From: Candidatus Nealsonbacteria bacterium RIFCSPLOWO2_01_FULL_43_32
GTDB lineage: Bacteria > Patescibacteriota > Minisyncoccia > Minisyncoccales > MHMH01
Direction of reading: 5' to 3'
Length of the DNA stretch: 62,835 nucleotides
Assembly (NCBI GenBank): GCA_001819335.1
Contig: MHMH01000021.1
Coordinates: 1 to 62,835 of the forward strand
Shown here: positions 26,958 through 37,591 of the stretch, piece by piece
Layout: each line of letters begins with the position of its first letter
Numbering within the stretch: the stretch's first letter is position 1
Made by a program: the position numbers and the translations under genes
The notes under the pieces: model-generated
The model's database searches: none
The model's input: the letters and a program-made list of their open reading frames with translations, nothing else
Told to the model about the DNA's origin: nothing

Positions 26958-27842
26958 TTAAAGTAAATTTAATCCGGCAAGTAAATTATCAACGGCTTCC
27001 CTTTCCATTTGGACTCGGCACTCTTTGGTGTTAGAGCCAATGTGGGGAGTCAGGATCACTTGCTTAAATTCGGTTAAAGGCCCCGCATACGGCTCCTTTG
27101 AAAAAACATCAATGTAGGCGCCGGCCGCTTTGCCGCTTCGCAACGCCTCGATCAAGGCATTTTCATCCCAAAGTTCGCCCCTGGCGCTGTTAATTAAAAA
27201 AACTCCGTCTTTCATCAGGGCAAATTCGCTTGCCCCTAAAATTTGCTTCAAACCCGAAGCATGAAGGCAAATAATATCAGCTTGGGGCAAGGCTGTTTCC
27301 AAAGAAATTCCGGGAAGAGACGAATCAATGGTTATTAATTTGATGCTGAACGGCGCGAGCATCTTAGCCAAATATCGGCCGATTCGGCCAAAGCCGATGA
27401 TTAAAACCGTTTTGCCGGAAAGTTGCACCCCCGTCTTTTTATCCCAAATTTTTTGGCGGACTGCTTGATCCATTTGGGGAATTTGTCTTAACAGAGCCAA
27501 AATTCCTCCCAGGGTAAGTTCAGCTACCGCAACCGTGGGGGCTTCGGGCGTATTTTTGACAACAATGCCCAATTCTTTGGCCGCCTCAAGGTCAATACTA
27601 TCTATGCCCACGCCAACACGGGAAATAACTTTCAAACTGGAGTTTTTCAGAGTTTCCCTGTCAATCGTTTCCGTGCCGGCAATCAGTCCGACGACCCCGG
27701 GCAAAAGATCTCTCAACTCTTCAGAAGTCACCTTCCGGCCGTAAGGATTTTGGATTATTTCAAAACCGCCCTTTTCTAATTTTTCCAGGGGCCCCTGGTC
27801 TGCTTTGCCGAAAGACGAGGTAGTAATCAAAATTTTAGACAT
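26958..27842 (-). CDS. D-2-hydroxyacid dehydrogenase (phosphoglycerate dehydrogenase-like, no ACT domain)
   Basis: SRVGVGIDSID, VAEL, IIGFGRIG, INSARG, DVFSKEP and TPHIGS. Confidence 0.9.
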   Translation of the reverse strand: MSKILITTSSFGKADQGPLEKLEKGGFEIIQNPYGRKVTSEELRDLLPGVVGLIAGTETIDRETLKNSSLKVISRVGVGIDSIDLEAAKELGIVVKNTPEAPTVAVAELTLGGILALLRQIPQMDQAVRQKIWDKKTGVQLSGKTVLIIGFGRIGRYLAKMLAPFSIKLITIDSSLPGISLETALPQADIICLHASGLKQILGASEFALMKDGVFLINSARGELWDENALIEALRSGKAAGAYIDVFSKEPYAGPLTEFKQVILTPHIGSNTKECRVQMEREAVDNLLAGLNLL

Positions 27843-29331
27843 ATTTTTCTAACTCTTTAAACGGATTGTTTTTTTTGGTGCGCCAAACAAATTTCACTCC
27901 TGCCTCCTTAGCTCCCTCGCAGTCATCAATAGCATCGCCCACAAAAATTACTTCTTGATTCTTTAAGTTAAAATCTTTCAGTATCTTTAAGATAAGCTCG
28001 CTTTTTTTAGCCGGACTGCCCAAAACGTCTTTGAAATACCGACCCAGGCCCCGCTCTTTAACGAGCGATTTAATTTCTCCGTCGGGAGTCCCCGAAGCGA
28101 TAAAGAATGGTATTTTTTGATGATATTTTTCCAAAAACTCTTGAGCTCCTTCAACAAAAGGTGAAGCTAACACCCCCTGATAAACATATTCTGAAAACTG
28201 CCTGCTTAACTTCTGCTTCCTTTCTTCAGAAAGCGGTTCGTGTAAAATATCGCGGTGGATTCTTTCGAGTTTTTCAAAACGGGACATTCCGCCATGAGTA
28301 GTATGCAACGCCACAATTTCGTTAATCTTTTCCGGATAATTATTGAACAGAACAGTAAAAGCTTTTGTTTTTACGTCCATGGATTCAAGAATGGTGCCGT
28401 CGAAATCAAAAATGATGGCCCTAACACGATTGGCACATTCTTGGTAAACCTCACTGATTAAGCTTAAAATCCCCTGCCCGAAATCAACGTAGTTGGGACT
28501 CTGAATCCGCTTGGCCAGTTTAGGGATAAAACTATAAGGAGTAATAGAGTAGTGCTCTGAGGAAGTGGCCGGTAAAAATTCCAAGTCAATTTTATTATCC
28601 AACATCTCTTTAATCATCAACAGCGAATCCTTTATCTTCATGGGCTGGTTGCCGGCAATAATCACGTGCTCGTTTTCATACTCTTCGGCCAAAATATCCA
28701 CGCTTAATCTGGCAGCATCATAAATATGGATGTATTCCCTGATTTCTTCGCCATCGCCGTTTCTGGTGATTTTGCCCCGGGTAATGGCTTGCTCTAATAT
28801 CTGACGAACCCAGTTGTTTCTATCGGCCCTGGGACCGTAAAGAGAACCGTAGCGCAAAATAGTGTAATTTAAGCCATAAATTTCTTGATAGTTATTAATT
28901 AATAACTCGCAGGCCTGTTTTGAGCTGCGGTAAAAAGAACCGGCTTTGCTGTAGACATAAAGAGTGCTGGCAAAAATAAATCTCTCGATGCGATGGGTTC
29001 TCGCTACTTCCAGTAAAACGGCATTGCCCAAAATATTTGTTTTAACCGTATCAAGGGGATCGTTTTTGGCCTCTTCAATGTCAGCCACCGCCGCAAAATT
29101 ATAAACAATCTGGCACCCTTCCATCGCCTCTCCAACGGATTTCGGGTCGTTAATGTCTCCTACAATCGAAATCTGCCCCTCTTTTAAATAAGGAGATTTT
29201 TCAATATCAAAGATAACAACCTGGTAACCGCGGTCGGTTAAAACATCGGCCACATGAGAACCCAAAAACCCGGCTCCACCGAAGACAACTACTTTTTTAT
29301 TTTTATTTTCTCCTGATATATTATCTGGCAT
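27835..29331 (-). CDS. NAD-dependent epimerase/dehydratase fused to a C-terminal HAD phosphatase
   Basis: GGAGFLG, YRSSK and RYGSLYGP, then IIFDFDGTILES and FVGDAIDD. Confidence 0.9.
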   Translation of the reverse strand: MPDNISGENKNKKVVVFGGAGFLGSHVADVLTDRGYQVVIFDIEKSPYLKEGQISIVGDINDPKSVGEAMEGCQIVYNFAAVADIEEAKNDPLDTVKTNILGNAVLLEVARTHRIERFIFASTLYVYSKAGSFYRSSKQACELLINNYQEIYGLNYTILRYGSLYGPRADRNNWVRQILEQAITRGKITRNGDGEEIREYIHIYDAARLSVDILAEEYENEHVIIAGNQPMKIKDSLLMIKEMLDNKIDLEFLPATSSEHYSITPYSFIPKLAKRIQSPNYVDFGQGILSLISEVYQECANRVRAIIFDFDGTILESMDVKTKAFTVLFNNYPEKINEIVALHTTHGGMSRFEKLERIHRDILHEPLSEERKQKLSRQFSEYVYQGVLASPFVEGAQEFLEKYHQKIPFFIASGTPDGEIKSLVKERGLGRYFKDVLGSPAKKSELILKILKDFNLKNQEVIFVGDAIDDCEGAKEAGVKFVWRTKKNNPFKELEKYV

Positions 29332-29346
29332 ATTAATGGTGTAATT

Positions 29347-30822
29347 TTAGTTGTTTTGCATTTTCAGCCAACCCAAGAAATATTCAATAACAATTTTTAT
29401 TCTTTTAAATAATTTTTTAAAGCCATCCGCCCCAGTTAAAGAGCGAAACCCGAACTTAATAAAGTACCACCAGTTATGTTCAAATCTAAAAATGAGGAGT
29501 CGATAATATTTGTTAATTTCTTCAGCCGTCATCTCGAAGGTGTGATGATTGACGTGAACATTGGTGTCGTATCTATAGTAATCGGCCGGGGTTTCTAATT
29601 TGTTCTCGAGCAAGTTATGGATTTGGAAGTATTTGAATAGTTCTGAACCGGGATAGGGACTAAGAATATGAAAAGCAGGAACGTCGGGCTTAATATCCTT
29701 GATCAACCTGACTGTCATTTTAATATCATCCGGCGTTTCTCCCGGGAAACCAATTATAATAAACATCTGGGATTTAATGCCGGCCTCCTTAGCCAGAGCA
29801 AAAGCCCGATAAACATTTTCCAGCTTAATGTCTTTATGGATAACATCGTCTAAAATCCTTTGAGAACCAGACTCAACTCCCCACCAAATCCAGCAGCAGC
29901 CCGCTTCTTTCATTTTCTTTAAAGTTTCTAATTCAATATACGGACTGCACCTTCCTTGGACCAGCCAGGGTAAATTTAATTTTCTCCTGATCATTTCGTC
30001 GCAAATCTCTTGGACCCACTCATTTTGTTTGGGGGTCATACCAACAAAATCATCGTCATAAATCTGGACCGACCTCACTCCGAATTTATTTTTATAATAC
30101 GCTATTTCAGCGACGACATCTTTAGGGCTACGTTGACGGTACAACTTGGATCCCAAACTGCAAAAAGTGCAGCGATGAGGACAACCTCGGGCAGCCAGCA
30201 CGGTGGCGCGGGGTTTTTTCATTTCTTTGATTTTAGAAGAAAGGTGGGCGCCGGGATATTTTGAAAAATCAGAAGTAAGCAAATGAAAAGCTGGCCAGGG
30301 TATGGAATCCAAATCCATAATGTACCCCCGGGGCCCGGTCATCACTAAATTACCGTCTTTGCCCAAAAAAGCCAGACCGGCAATATCGCTAAAATCTTTC
30401 CCGCGACTCTCTCTGCGTTTAACCACCTCCAAAAGCGTTATCTCCCCCTCTCCCACCGCAACAAGGTCAATTGCCCCTTGGGCCATTCTCAAAACTTTTT
30501 CCGGCTCTTTGGTCGGACCAAAACCGCCAGCCACAATCAGGCAATCAGACAAATGGTTTCTGGCCACTTGGGCTGTTTTGATTAAAGCCGGCAGAACAAA
30601 AGAAGAGCCGCCGACACCAACAATATCTGGATTTTCTTTAACCAATAAATTAGCTAAGGCCTGCCAAGTCAGTCTCTCTATATCGGCATCAAGAACCTTA
30701 ACATCGGCAAATCCCCATTTCTCGAGATACCCCGCTAAATAAAGCATGGCTAAGGGCGGTGAAGCAGCTTTGGGTCTGCCGACATCATTACAAACTGGTG
30801 GATTAATTAATAAGATTTTCAT
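29347..30822 (-). CDS. B12-binding-domain radical SAM protein
   Basis: KILLINPP, PPLAMLYLA, GEGE, RGCPHRCTFC and GVESGS. Confidence 0.93.
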   Translation of the reverse strand: MKILLINPPVCNDVGRPKAASPPLAMLYLAGYLEKWGFADVKVLDADIERLTWQALANLLVKENPDIVGVGGSSFVLPALIKTAQVARNHLSDCLIVAGGFGPTKEPEKVLRMAQGAIDLVAVGEGEITLLEVVKRRESRGKDFSDIAGLAFLGKDGNLVMTGPRGYIMDLDSIPWPAFHLLTSDFSKYPGAHLSSKIKEMKKPRATVLAARGCPHRCTFCSLGSKLYRQRSPKDVVAEIAYYKNKFGVRSVQIYDDDFVGMTPKQNEWVQEICDEMIRRKLNLPWLVQGRCSPYIELETLKKMKEAGCCWIWWGVESGSQRILDDVIHKDIKLENVYRAFALAKEAGIKSQMFIIIGFPGETPDDIKMTVRLIKDIKPDVPAFHILSPYPGSELFKYFQIHNLLENKLETPADYYRYDTNVHVNHHTFEMTAEEINKYYRLLIFRFEHNWWYFIKFGFRSLTGADGFKKLFKRIKIVIEYFLGWLKMQNN

Positions 30823-30834
30823 GGTGATTAAAAA

Positions 30835-32475
30835 TTAAAAGTCGGTTGGTTCATCAATCAGCAATCTCACTCCGCAGGTTTCGTCAAAAATGGCTTTTAT
30901 TTGAGATATCATCTCCCGACACTTATCTACTCCAATCAATTTCTTATTTGAAGCAATTGTGTATAATATCAAAAATTTCATTAAAGTGCTTATTTCGGCG
31001 GTAATGTGGGTAATCTTTAATTTTTCCGCATATTCTTTTTCTTTTATCGGATAAGCCGCTTCAAACTCCTCAATAAGCTCCCTGGCATCCTTATCCCTCG
31101 GCAATATCATCTTGGCAATCCTAACATTTTTATCGCTCAAAGGAATCTTCTCATCCTTATAAACTATCAAATCTTTGATATTCTGGTCTTCCCCTAATTT
31201 AGAGCCCCTGATGGGAATGATGTAGGGACAAAGCTTGACCACATCACCGTTGGAAATAAATTCCAGGCAGGCCTCAACCGTTTGAAAGATATCCGCCACT
31301 TTGGTTACGGGCGTACTCAAAATGATATAAATAATGGACTTGATGCCCGCTTTGTTGAACGCCCTCAAAACTTTTTTACTGTCTTCGGGACTTATGTGCT
31401 TGTTCATGTAATTTAGCTCTTTCTCGGAAAATGATTCCACGCCGTAACTTAGAAAAAAGAAATTTGCCTCGCTTAACAGGTTGATTAACTCCGGCTTTTT
31501 AATAAAAGTGTCGGTCCTTGCTTTAGCTGCAAAACAAAGGAGAGGATAATCTTTCCTTAAATTAATCAAGGTTTTAATTATCTCAACCGTATCAATATTT
31601 CCCCTGTCAAAGAAATTATCATCTTTAAAAAGTATCGTCCTTGTTTCGGGCTGGTTCTTGAGCATTTCTCTAAGATAAATATTCATATCCGCAGCTGTCA
31701 GAGATGCTATTTTAGCCGCACATTGACCGGCAAAGTTCTGAAAATTGGTTGAAGAGCAAAAGGCGCATTTGTAGGGACAGTAACTTGATGTAAAAGGCTT
31801 TAAAACAAATATTTTTTTCTTTAATTGCTCGCTTTGCAGCTCTTCATCGGTATAATAGCGGCAAATCAAGTCCCAGTACTTCTTCTGGGGAATTCTATCA
31901 AAATTGGCCAACATGGTTACCTCTCTGAATTCCTCATAATTTAACGCAGAGTTTGGTCCCGTTATGTCTCGAGCCCCCTTTAAATACAAGCCGGGAACCG
32001 ACTCTAATAGTGAATAATCTTTCTTAAGATCTTCTATGGAGTTTTCTCTGATAACTCCGATAAGTTTTACCAGAGGTTTTTCCCCCTCTCCGACGATAAT
32101 TAAATCAAGCTTGGGGAAATTTTCAAAAAGGAACCCATGATTGAATGTCGCTTCCTGACCGCCGGCTATGAACAAAGATGCCGATGATTTTTCCTCGCAT
32201 AAAAACATCAACGAAAGGTCGTTTTCTAAAGTCAGATGCAAAGGGCTGAAACCGATGATGTCATATTTTTTATCTTGCAGCAGCTCGGCTAATTTAGAAT
32301 GGGGTTCGGAATAAAGATTTGGGTCAAAAACATCCACCGCCACATCCTTTAATTTGCTTCTGAGATAAGCCTCTATTCTCCATAAACCCATGGGCGGAGA
32401 TAAAAAGTTTTTTTTGCCGCAATCTCTTTCCCAGCTATTTATCAAGAATATCTTTGTCATATTTTTTGGTACCAA
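30835..32475 (-). CDS. B12-binding-domain radical SAM protein
   Basis: PPMGL, GGQEAT, GEGE, YCPYKCAFC, KDDNF and GVES. Confidence 0.9.
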   Translation of the reverse strand: MVPKNMTKIFLINSWERDCGKKNFLSPPMGLWRIEAYLRSKLKDVAVDVFDPNLYSEPHSKLAELLQDKKYDIIGFSPLHLTLENDLSLMFLCEEKSSASLFIAGGQEATFNHGFLFENFPKLDLIIVGEGEKPLVKLIGVIRENSIEDLKKDYSLLESVPGLYLKGARDITGPNSALNYEEFREVTMLANFDRIPQKKYWDLICRYYTDEELQSEQLKKKIFVLKPFTSSYCPYKCAFCSSTNFQNFAGQCAAKIASLTAADMNIYLREMLKNQPETRTILFKDDNFFDRGNIDTVEIIKTLINLRKDYPLLCFAAKARTDTFIKKPELINLLSEANFFFLSYGVESFSEKELNYMNKHISPEDSKKVLRAFNKAGIKSIIYIILSTPVTKVADIFQTVEACLEFISNGDVVKLCPYIIPIRGSKLGEDQNIKDLIVYKDEKIPLSDKNVRIAKMILPRDKDARELIEEFEAAYPIKEKEYAEKLKITHITAEISTLMKFLILYTIASNKKLIGVDKCREMISQIKAIFDETCGVRLLIDEPTDF

Positions 32476-33620
32476 CCAACAGTTTGGCTGACATGGACGG
32501 CTTGGCTGAAGTGTTTTTTTACTCTTTCAAAACCCGCTTCGCCAAATTGTTTTGCTTTTTGGTCGTTTTTTAATAAGTCAATAAGTTTTTGGGCCATTAA
32601 TTCTATCTTGAAAGGATTAACGATGACTCCGGTTACTCCGTCCCGAACAACTTCTGGCGTGCCGCCGTAGCAAGTGCCAACTATTGGCTTTTTGCAAGCC
32701 ATGCCCTCTAAGTTCGTTCTGTTAAGCGGATCAAAATAAATTGAGGGCGTAACGATAATATCTGCTGAATGATAAGCGGCTTTTAAGTCCTCGCCAGTCA
32801 ACCAACCGATCCCTCCCTTACCGGCTATTAACAAAACCGCCGCTGGAACTTCTTGTTTAACTTTGACCATGGCTTGCTTAATCTGTGCTAAGCCCTTCAA
32901 ACCGCTTATCCGGCCGGCAAAAAAAATGATTTTTTTCCCCTGGAGGCTATGTTTTTCTCTAAACTCCTTTATTTTGTCAGGGGCAACGGACCAGTCATCA
33001 ACAGCTATCCCGGTATAACTTACTTCAGCATCTTTGATGCCATTTTGCGCCAAAGCGTCCTTTAAAACATGGGTTACGGCAAAAATTTTGTCAACATATT
33101 TTAAATAATGCCGAATAATAATATTGCGCAAGGGATTGTATCTTTTTTTGGCCTGTTTGAGATGATCCCGCCAGGAAGTACGGGTGTCAAATTGCTCTAA
33201 ATATTTCTTAGTAGCCAACTTGCCGAAAGTGAATGACATGGTGTCTCGGGCAGTCCAAAAAACAGCTCGACTATGCTTTTTAGCTATTTTCAAACAAGCA
33301 TAAGAAAGATAAGAATGAATATTGTGAGCATGCGTGATATCGGGACTAATCTGTTTTATTAATTCTCTAACCTTACTGACTGTCTGGGGATTGTACAGGC
33401 TTAAGTACGCTCGATATCTTGGATGATAGTCGGCAAAAATTCTAAAAACTTTTAATCCCCGATAATTGCAAACTCCTTCATCTTTTTTCTCTCTAACGGT
33501 CGTCAGCACGAAAATTTGGTGTCCGGCTTTCTGCAGGCCTTGAGCTAAATAAAAAGTGGAAATGCCGGCTCCCCCAAAACTTTGAGGCGGGAAATCATCT
33601 TGTAGCATCAAAATTTTCAT
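32457..33620 (-). CDS. Glycosyltransferase family 4
   Basis: FPPQSFGGA, HAHN and PS...LEGMACKKPIVGT..GG.PEVV.DG.TG. Confidence 0.92.
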   Translation of the reverse strand: MKILMLQDDFPPQSFGGAGISTFYLAQGLQKAGHQIFVLTTVREKKDEGVCNYRGLKVFRIFADYHPRYRAYLSLYNPQTVSKVRELIKQISPDITHAHNIHSYLSYACLKIAKKHSRAVFWTARDTMSFTFGKLATKKYLEQFDTRTSWRDHLKQAKKRYNPLRNIIIRHYLKYVDKIFAVTHVLKDALAQNGIKDAEVSYTGIAVDDWSVAPDKIKEFREKHSLQGKKIIFFAGRISGLKGLAQIKQAMVKVKQEVPAAVLLIAGKGGIGWLTGEDLKAAYHSADIIVTPSIYFDPLNRTNLEGMACKKPIVGTCYGGTPEVVRDGVTGVIVNPFKIELMAQKLIDLLKNDQKAKQFGEAGFERVKKHFSQAVHVSQTVGWYQKI

Positions 33621-34228
33621 TTTTGGGCAACGATATAAACGTTGCTATAAATTATTTTATTCTTAGTAAATCTATCCAAAAATCTAGCTATTTTGGCCAT
33701 AAAATGAGCGAGTTTAAAACTGCCTCTCTTTCTTTTTTTAAATGGATTGAACCAGGAAAATCTGATAAATTCAGCAAGAACCGAGAAGACTTGACCGCTA
33801 TAATCACATTCGATAATTTGAAAACCCTCGTTTTTAAATAATAACCTGATCCCCTCAACGGTATACCGAAAATAATCGCCCGGGTCGGGGTGGTACGGAC
33901 CCAAAAAAGGAGCGGTCAGAATACACCTGCCCCCGGGCTTTAATACCCGGTGAATTTCCTCAACCATAACCCAGGGCTTTGCTACGTGCTCTAAAACCTG
34001 AGTGGAAATAACTGTTTCAAAGCTCTCTTCTGGAAAAGGCAAATTTAACGCATCGCCAACCACATCAATATTTTTCCCCGGCACCATATCAAAGGTCGTA
34101 TAACCTGAAGTGTTTGGTTCAATAATATCACGATATTTACCAAAACCAGCTCCCAAATCTAGGGTGCTACCGGAAATATATTTCTTGGCATAATTAATAA
34201 CCTCTCGAGTTTGTTGGAATTTTTTCAT
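33617..34228 (-). CDS. Class I SAM-dependent methyltransferase (start probably 34228, ATGA overlap)
   Basis: LDLGAG, QVLEHV, RVLKPGG and H..P.DYFRYT. Confidence 0.9.
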   Translation of the reverse strand: MKKFQQTREVINYAKKYISGSTLDLGAGFGKYRDIIEPNTSGYTTFDMVPGKNIDVVGDALNLPFPEESFETVISTQVLEHVAKPWVMVEEIHRVLKPGGRCILTAPFLGPYHPDPGDYFRYTVEGIRLLFKNEGFQIIECDYSGQVFSVLAEFIRFSWFNPFKKRKRGSFKLAHFMAKIARFLDRFTKNKIIYSNVYIVAQK

Positions 34229-35589
34229 ATCGTTTTTTGAATATGATAAATTTTTCTGTTCAATTTTTCCTTCCAATAAGCGTAGGTTTTCTTAAAGAGA
34301 CCGTTAGGCGGCAGGTTAATCAAAACTTTGACCAAGGGAAAAAGAATCGGGAAAGAAACGGTCAGACAAAACAGCTTCTGCAAATTATTAATCTTGGCTT
34401 TGTCTTTAATATCCAAAACGCTATCTTCAAAAAAGGTTTCTGATATTTTGTCGATATCGCCGTCATAGATGCCCTTTTGAACACACAAATCACCTAATTT
34501 GGTCCGGGGATAAGGCTGATAGATGGAAGCCCAGCCTAAATCGGGCTTACATAAAATATTAAGTTTCAGAGTTTCAAGGTCATCCTTAAGAGAGCCCTCG
34601 GGCAAGCCCAGCATATTGAAAATTCTTAATTTTAATCCGGCCTTTTTAACGAGTCCAGATGCTCTGATAATTTGGTCTTTAGTCATATTTCTTTCAAGAA
34701 TTTGATTGCGCAGGCGGTCGTCGGCGGTTTCGATGGCAAAGGTCACCCCAGAGCACTCCGCTTTTTTGAGAAACCCCACCAATCTTTCATTGATTAAATT
34801 AATCCGCGCATGGCAATGGAACGGTAGCCCGATAACCTTGGGGTATTGCTCGCTGAATTCCCCCAGCCATTCGTCTTCCGTGCCGAAAGTGTCGTCCTGG
34901 AAATAAGCCATTGCCATGGGATAGTGATTTTTCACTTCCAGCATTTCCTGAAGCAGATTATCAACCGACCGAAATCTGACATATTGGCCCTTGCCCTGAT
35001 AAATCGTTTTTAAAGAATGGTTGAAGCAGTACGGACAGTTAAAGGGACAGCCCCGACCGCCCAGGAAATTTTTAATGGGGTTATCGCGGGATTTGGGATA
35101 TTTTCGGTAAATCAGCTCTCGGTCGGGAAAGGCCAAAGAGTCAATGTCGTTTAATGGCCTAACGTCATTTTTAATGATGGCGCCGTTCTTTTTAACCCAT
35201 AAATTGGGGATCGTGGAGAAATCTTCTCCTTTGGCCAGCTTATCGGCCAATTCGGCAAAAGCTTCTTCGCCCTCTCCGATACAAATAATATCAACGCCTT
35301 CATTTTTAATAATTTCCGTGAAGAAGGTCGGATGCGACCCGCCAAAAACAGCTAAAAATTTAAACTGGCTTTTAAGTTTCTTGTTGAGATCGAGAAAATA
35401 TCCGTGCTGACCGGTAGTTAAACTGTAGGCAACGATATCGGGCGCAAAATTTTTAACTTTTTCCTCAATGTTTTCTACGCCAGCTTTCACGATATCGGTT
35501 TTGTGACCGGCTTTTTTCAAAGCTCCCGCAATATACATAATACCTAAAGGCTCAATGATAAAATCTCTGGTGATAAATAAGATTTTCAT
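34225..35589 (-). CDS. B12-binding-domain radical SAM protein
   Basis: EPLGIMYI, GGSHPT, GEGE, RGCPFNCPYC and QDDTF. Confidence 0.93.
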   Translation of the reverse strand: MKILFITRDFIIEPLGIMYIAGALKKAGHKTDIVKAGVENIEEKVKNFAPDIVAYSLTTGQHGYFLDLNKKLKSQFKFLAVFGGSHPTFFTEIIKNEGVDIICIGEGEEAFAELADKLAKGEDFSTIPNLWVKKNGAIIKNDVRPLNDIDSLAFPDRELIYRKYPKSRDNPIKNFLGGRGCPFNCPYCFNHSLKTIYQGKGQYVRFRSVDNLLQEMLEVKNHYPMAMAYFQDDTFGTEDEWLGEFSEQYPKVIGLPFHCHARINLINERLVGFLKKAECSGVTFAIETADDRLRNQILERNMTKDQIIRASGLVKKAGLKLRIFNMLGLPEGSLKDDLETLKLNILCKPDLGWASIYQPYPRTKLGDLCVQKGIYDGDIDKISETFFEDSVLDIKDKAKINNLQKLFCLTVSFPILFPLVKVLINLPPNGLFKKTYAYWKEKLNRKIYHIQKTI

Positions 35590-36596
35590 TTTTTAAGAAT
35601 GACTTTTACGGCTTCAGCAAGATTTTTAACCGAATAATGCGGCCTGAATTTTAAATCATCGGGGAAGCGCTTGCCCACGAAAATCGTTTTAAGGTTGGCT
35701 TCCCGGCCCATCTGGATATCCTTAGGACTGTCGCCTACTATCCAGCTCTTGCTTAAATTCAAGCCGAAATCTTTGGCCGCAGACTCCGTCATGCCGGTTT
35801 TCGGTTTGCGGCAGGAGCAATTGTCTCTCTCGGTATGAATGCAATAATAAATTCTATCAATCCTGATGCCTGATTTTTTAAACTGCGAAAGCATGTAGCG
35901 ATGGATTTCCTGCAAGTCTTTTTCTGTGAAGTAACCCCTCCCCACGCCCAATTGGTTGGTGACGATAATGATCTTATAATCGGTTTTGGAAAGTTTTCTT
36001 AAGGCGGGCAGTACTCCCGGAATAAATTTAAAATCTTCTTTTTTGTGCGGGTACTCGGGCTCATTGATATTAATCGTCCCATCTCTGTCTAAAAAAACCG
36101 CTCGGACTTCGGGTTTGGCATAAATACTGATGATTTTCTTGACGAGAGCGCTGGTCGAAAGGCCGGGTACGGTTTTCAGAATATGAATTTGACCGCCGTT
36201 TTGTTCCACTACCTCCCTTTCCACACAGTCTTTGCCCCAGTCGGCGCCATGGCAATGAATGTCGGGTTTAATTTTATTTAAAATTTCCTTAGGATTGATT
36301 TCATCAAAAAGCACCACGTAATCTACGCAATTTAAAACCGCCAAGGTTTGAGCGCGCTCACCTTCCGAAATGATCGGATGATTGGGTCCTTTATAAATCC
36401 TAACGGATTTGTCGCTGTTTAAGGGCACAATTAAAACATCGCCCTGGACCTTGGCCTCTTCTAAAGATTTAATGTGGCCTAAATGCAAAATGTCAAAACT
36501 GCCGTTGTAGGTGACAACTGTTTTTTTGCGTTTCTTGAAACGCCGGCAGATCTGGATAATCTCTTTTTGAGTTTTAATTTTGGTTTGGGTTGACAT
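35586..36596 (-). CDS. rfaE2: Heptose-1-phosphate adenylyltransferase (RfaE domain II) fused to GmhB heptose-bisphosphate phosphatase
   Basis: NGSFDILHLGH, LNSDKSV and GLSTS, then FLDRDGTIN, VTNQ, CSCRKPK and VGDSPKD. Confidence 0.92.
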   Translation of the reverse strand: MSTQTKIKTQKEIIQICRRFKKRKKTVVTYNGSFDILHLGHIKSLEEAKVQGDVLIVPLNSDKSVRIYKGPNHPIISEGERAQTLAVLNCVDYVVLFDEINPKEILNKIKPDIHCHGADWGKDCVEREVVEQNGGQIHILKTVPGLSTSALVKKIISIYAKPEVRAVFLDRDGTININEPEYPHKKEDFKFIPGVLPALRKLSKTDYKIIIVTNQLGVGRGYFTEKDLQEIHRYMLSQFKKSGIRIDRIYYCIHTERDNCSCRKPKTGMTESAAKDFGLNLSKSWIVGDSPKDIQMGREANLKTIFVGKRFPDDLKFRPHYSVKNLAEAVKVILKK

Positions 36597-37578
36597 AATC
36601 TGCCAAACTTGCTTTCAATTCTTCGGGCAAAACGACGGTCGTGCCCGGCTTGCCCACGCTCACGCCGCAGGCGTGGCTGCTCAAAATGATCGCTTTTTTA
36701 AAATCAGCCCCACTCGATAGCGCCAGAGCGAAAACAGCGATAGCGGTATCGCCAGCACCCGAAACATCCACCGGCATTTTATTGACGGCCGGATAGCGGA
36801 AGGGGTTGCCGTTTTTCTCAAAGACAACCAATCCCTCGCCGCTACATTTAACTACCACATTATCAGACATCATATTAGCTAAAAGCATTTTGCCGGCCTG
36901 ACAAAATCTGCCTTCCTGCGCCAACCGTTCTACAGGAATGTTCAAGAGCGCACCCAATTCTTGCTTATTGGGGGCGATAATATTGCAACCATGGTATTTC
37001 GAAGGTTCGGTTCCTTTGGGGTCAACGAACGATAAAACGTTATTATCTTTGGCTAAAGCAATCAGCCGCCGAGCCAAATTGGGCGTAACCACTCCTTTGG
37101 CGTAATCTGAAATAATGACAGCGTTTAAATTTTTGATCTGGCTGCCGATAAAACTTAAAAGCTTTTCTTCTATTTCCGACCTAATTGGTTTTTTGTCCTC
37201 AATATCAATCCTGACAATATGTTGATTTTTGGCCACGGCCCTGGTTTTGAGAGTGGTTTTTCTTTGGGAATCAACGGCAATACCCGTAGTGTCAATGCCT
37301 TTTTCGTCTAATAAGGTCTTTAACAAAACTCCGTTTTCGTCTGCCCCCACTACGCCGGCCAAAAATACCTTTCCTCCCAAACTCTGAAGGTTGTAGGCTG
37401 TATTGGCGGCTCCGCCGGGCCGCTGATTGATTTCTTTGACGTCTAAAATCGGGATAGGTGCTTCGTGAGAAATCCGCTCAACGCTGCCGATCAAATACTG
37501 GTCCAGCATCAGATCGCCTACCACCAAAATTTTCTGGTTTTTGAAATTTTCGATGATGTTTAAAAATTGTTCTTCCAT
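36574..37578 (-). CDS. rfaE1: D-glycero-beta-D-manno-heptose-7-phosphate kinase (RfaE domain I); start probably 37578
   Basis: VVGDLMLDQYL.G.VERIS.EAP.P, GGAANTA, SDYAKG, VDPKG and DVSGAGDT. Confidence 0.93.
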   Translation of the reverse strand: MEEQFLNIIENFKNQKILVVGDLMLDQYLIGSVERISHEAPIPILDVKEINQRPGGAANTAYNLQSLGGKVFLAGVVGADENGVLLKTLLDEKGIDTTGIAVDSQRKTTLKTRAVAKNQHIVRIDIEDKKPIRSEIEEKLLSFIGSQIKNLNAVIISDYAKGVVTPNLARRLIALAKDNNVLSFVDPKGTEPSKYHGCNIIAPNKQELGALLNIPVERLAQEGRFCQAGKMLLANMMSDNVVVKCSGEGLVVFEKNGNPFRYPAVNKMPVDVSGAGDTAIAVFALALSSGADFKKAIILSSHACGVSVGKPGTTVVLPEELKASLADYVNPNQN

Positions 37579-37591
37579 ATGATGGTTATGA

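Noticed and set aside
16497..27842. ptxABCD phosphite-oxidation system (ABC transporter plus D-2-hydroxyacid dehydrogenase)
   Set aside because: The dehydrogenase is 8 kb away in another unit and has the PGDH-like SRVGVGIDSID segment rather than the Lys-containing PtxD motif; no ptxE is present.
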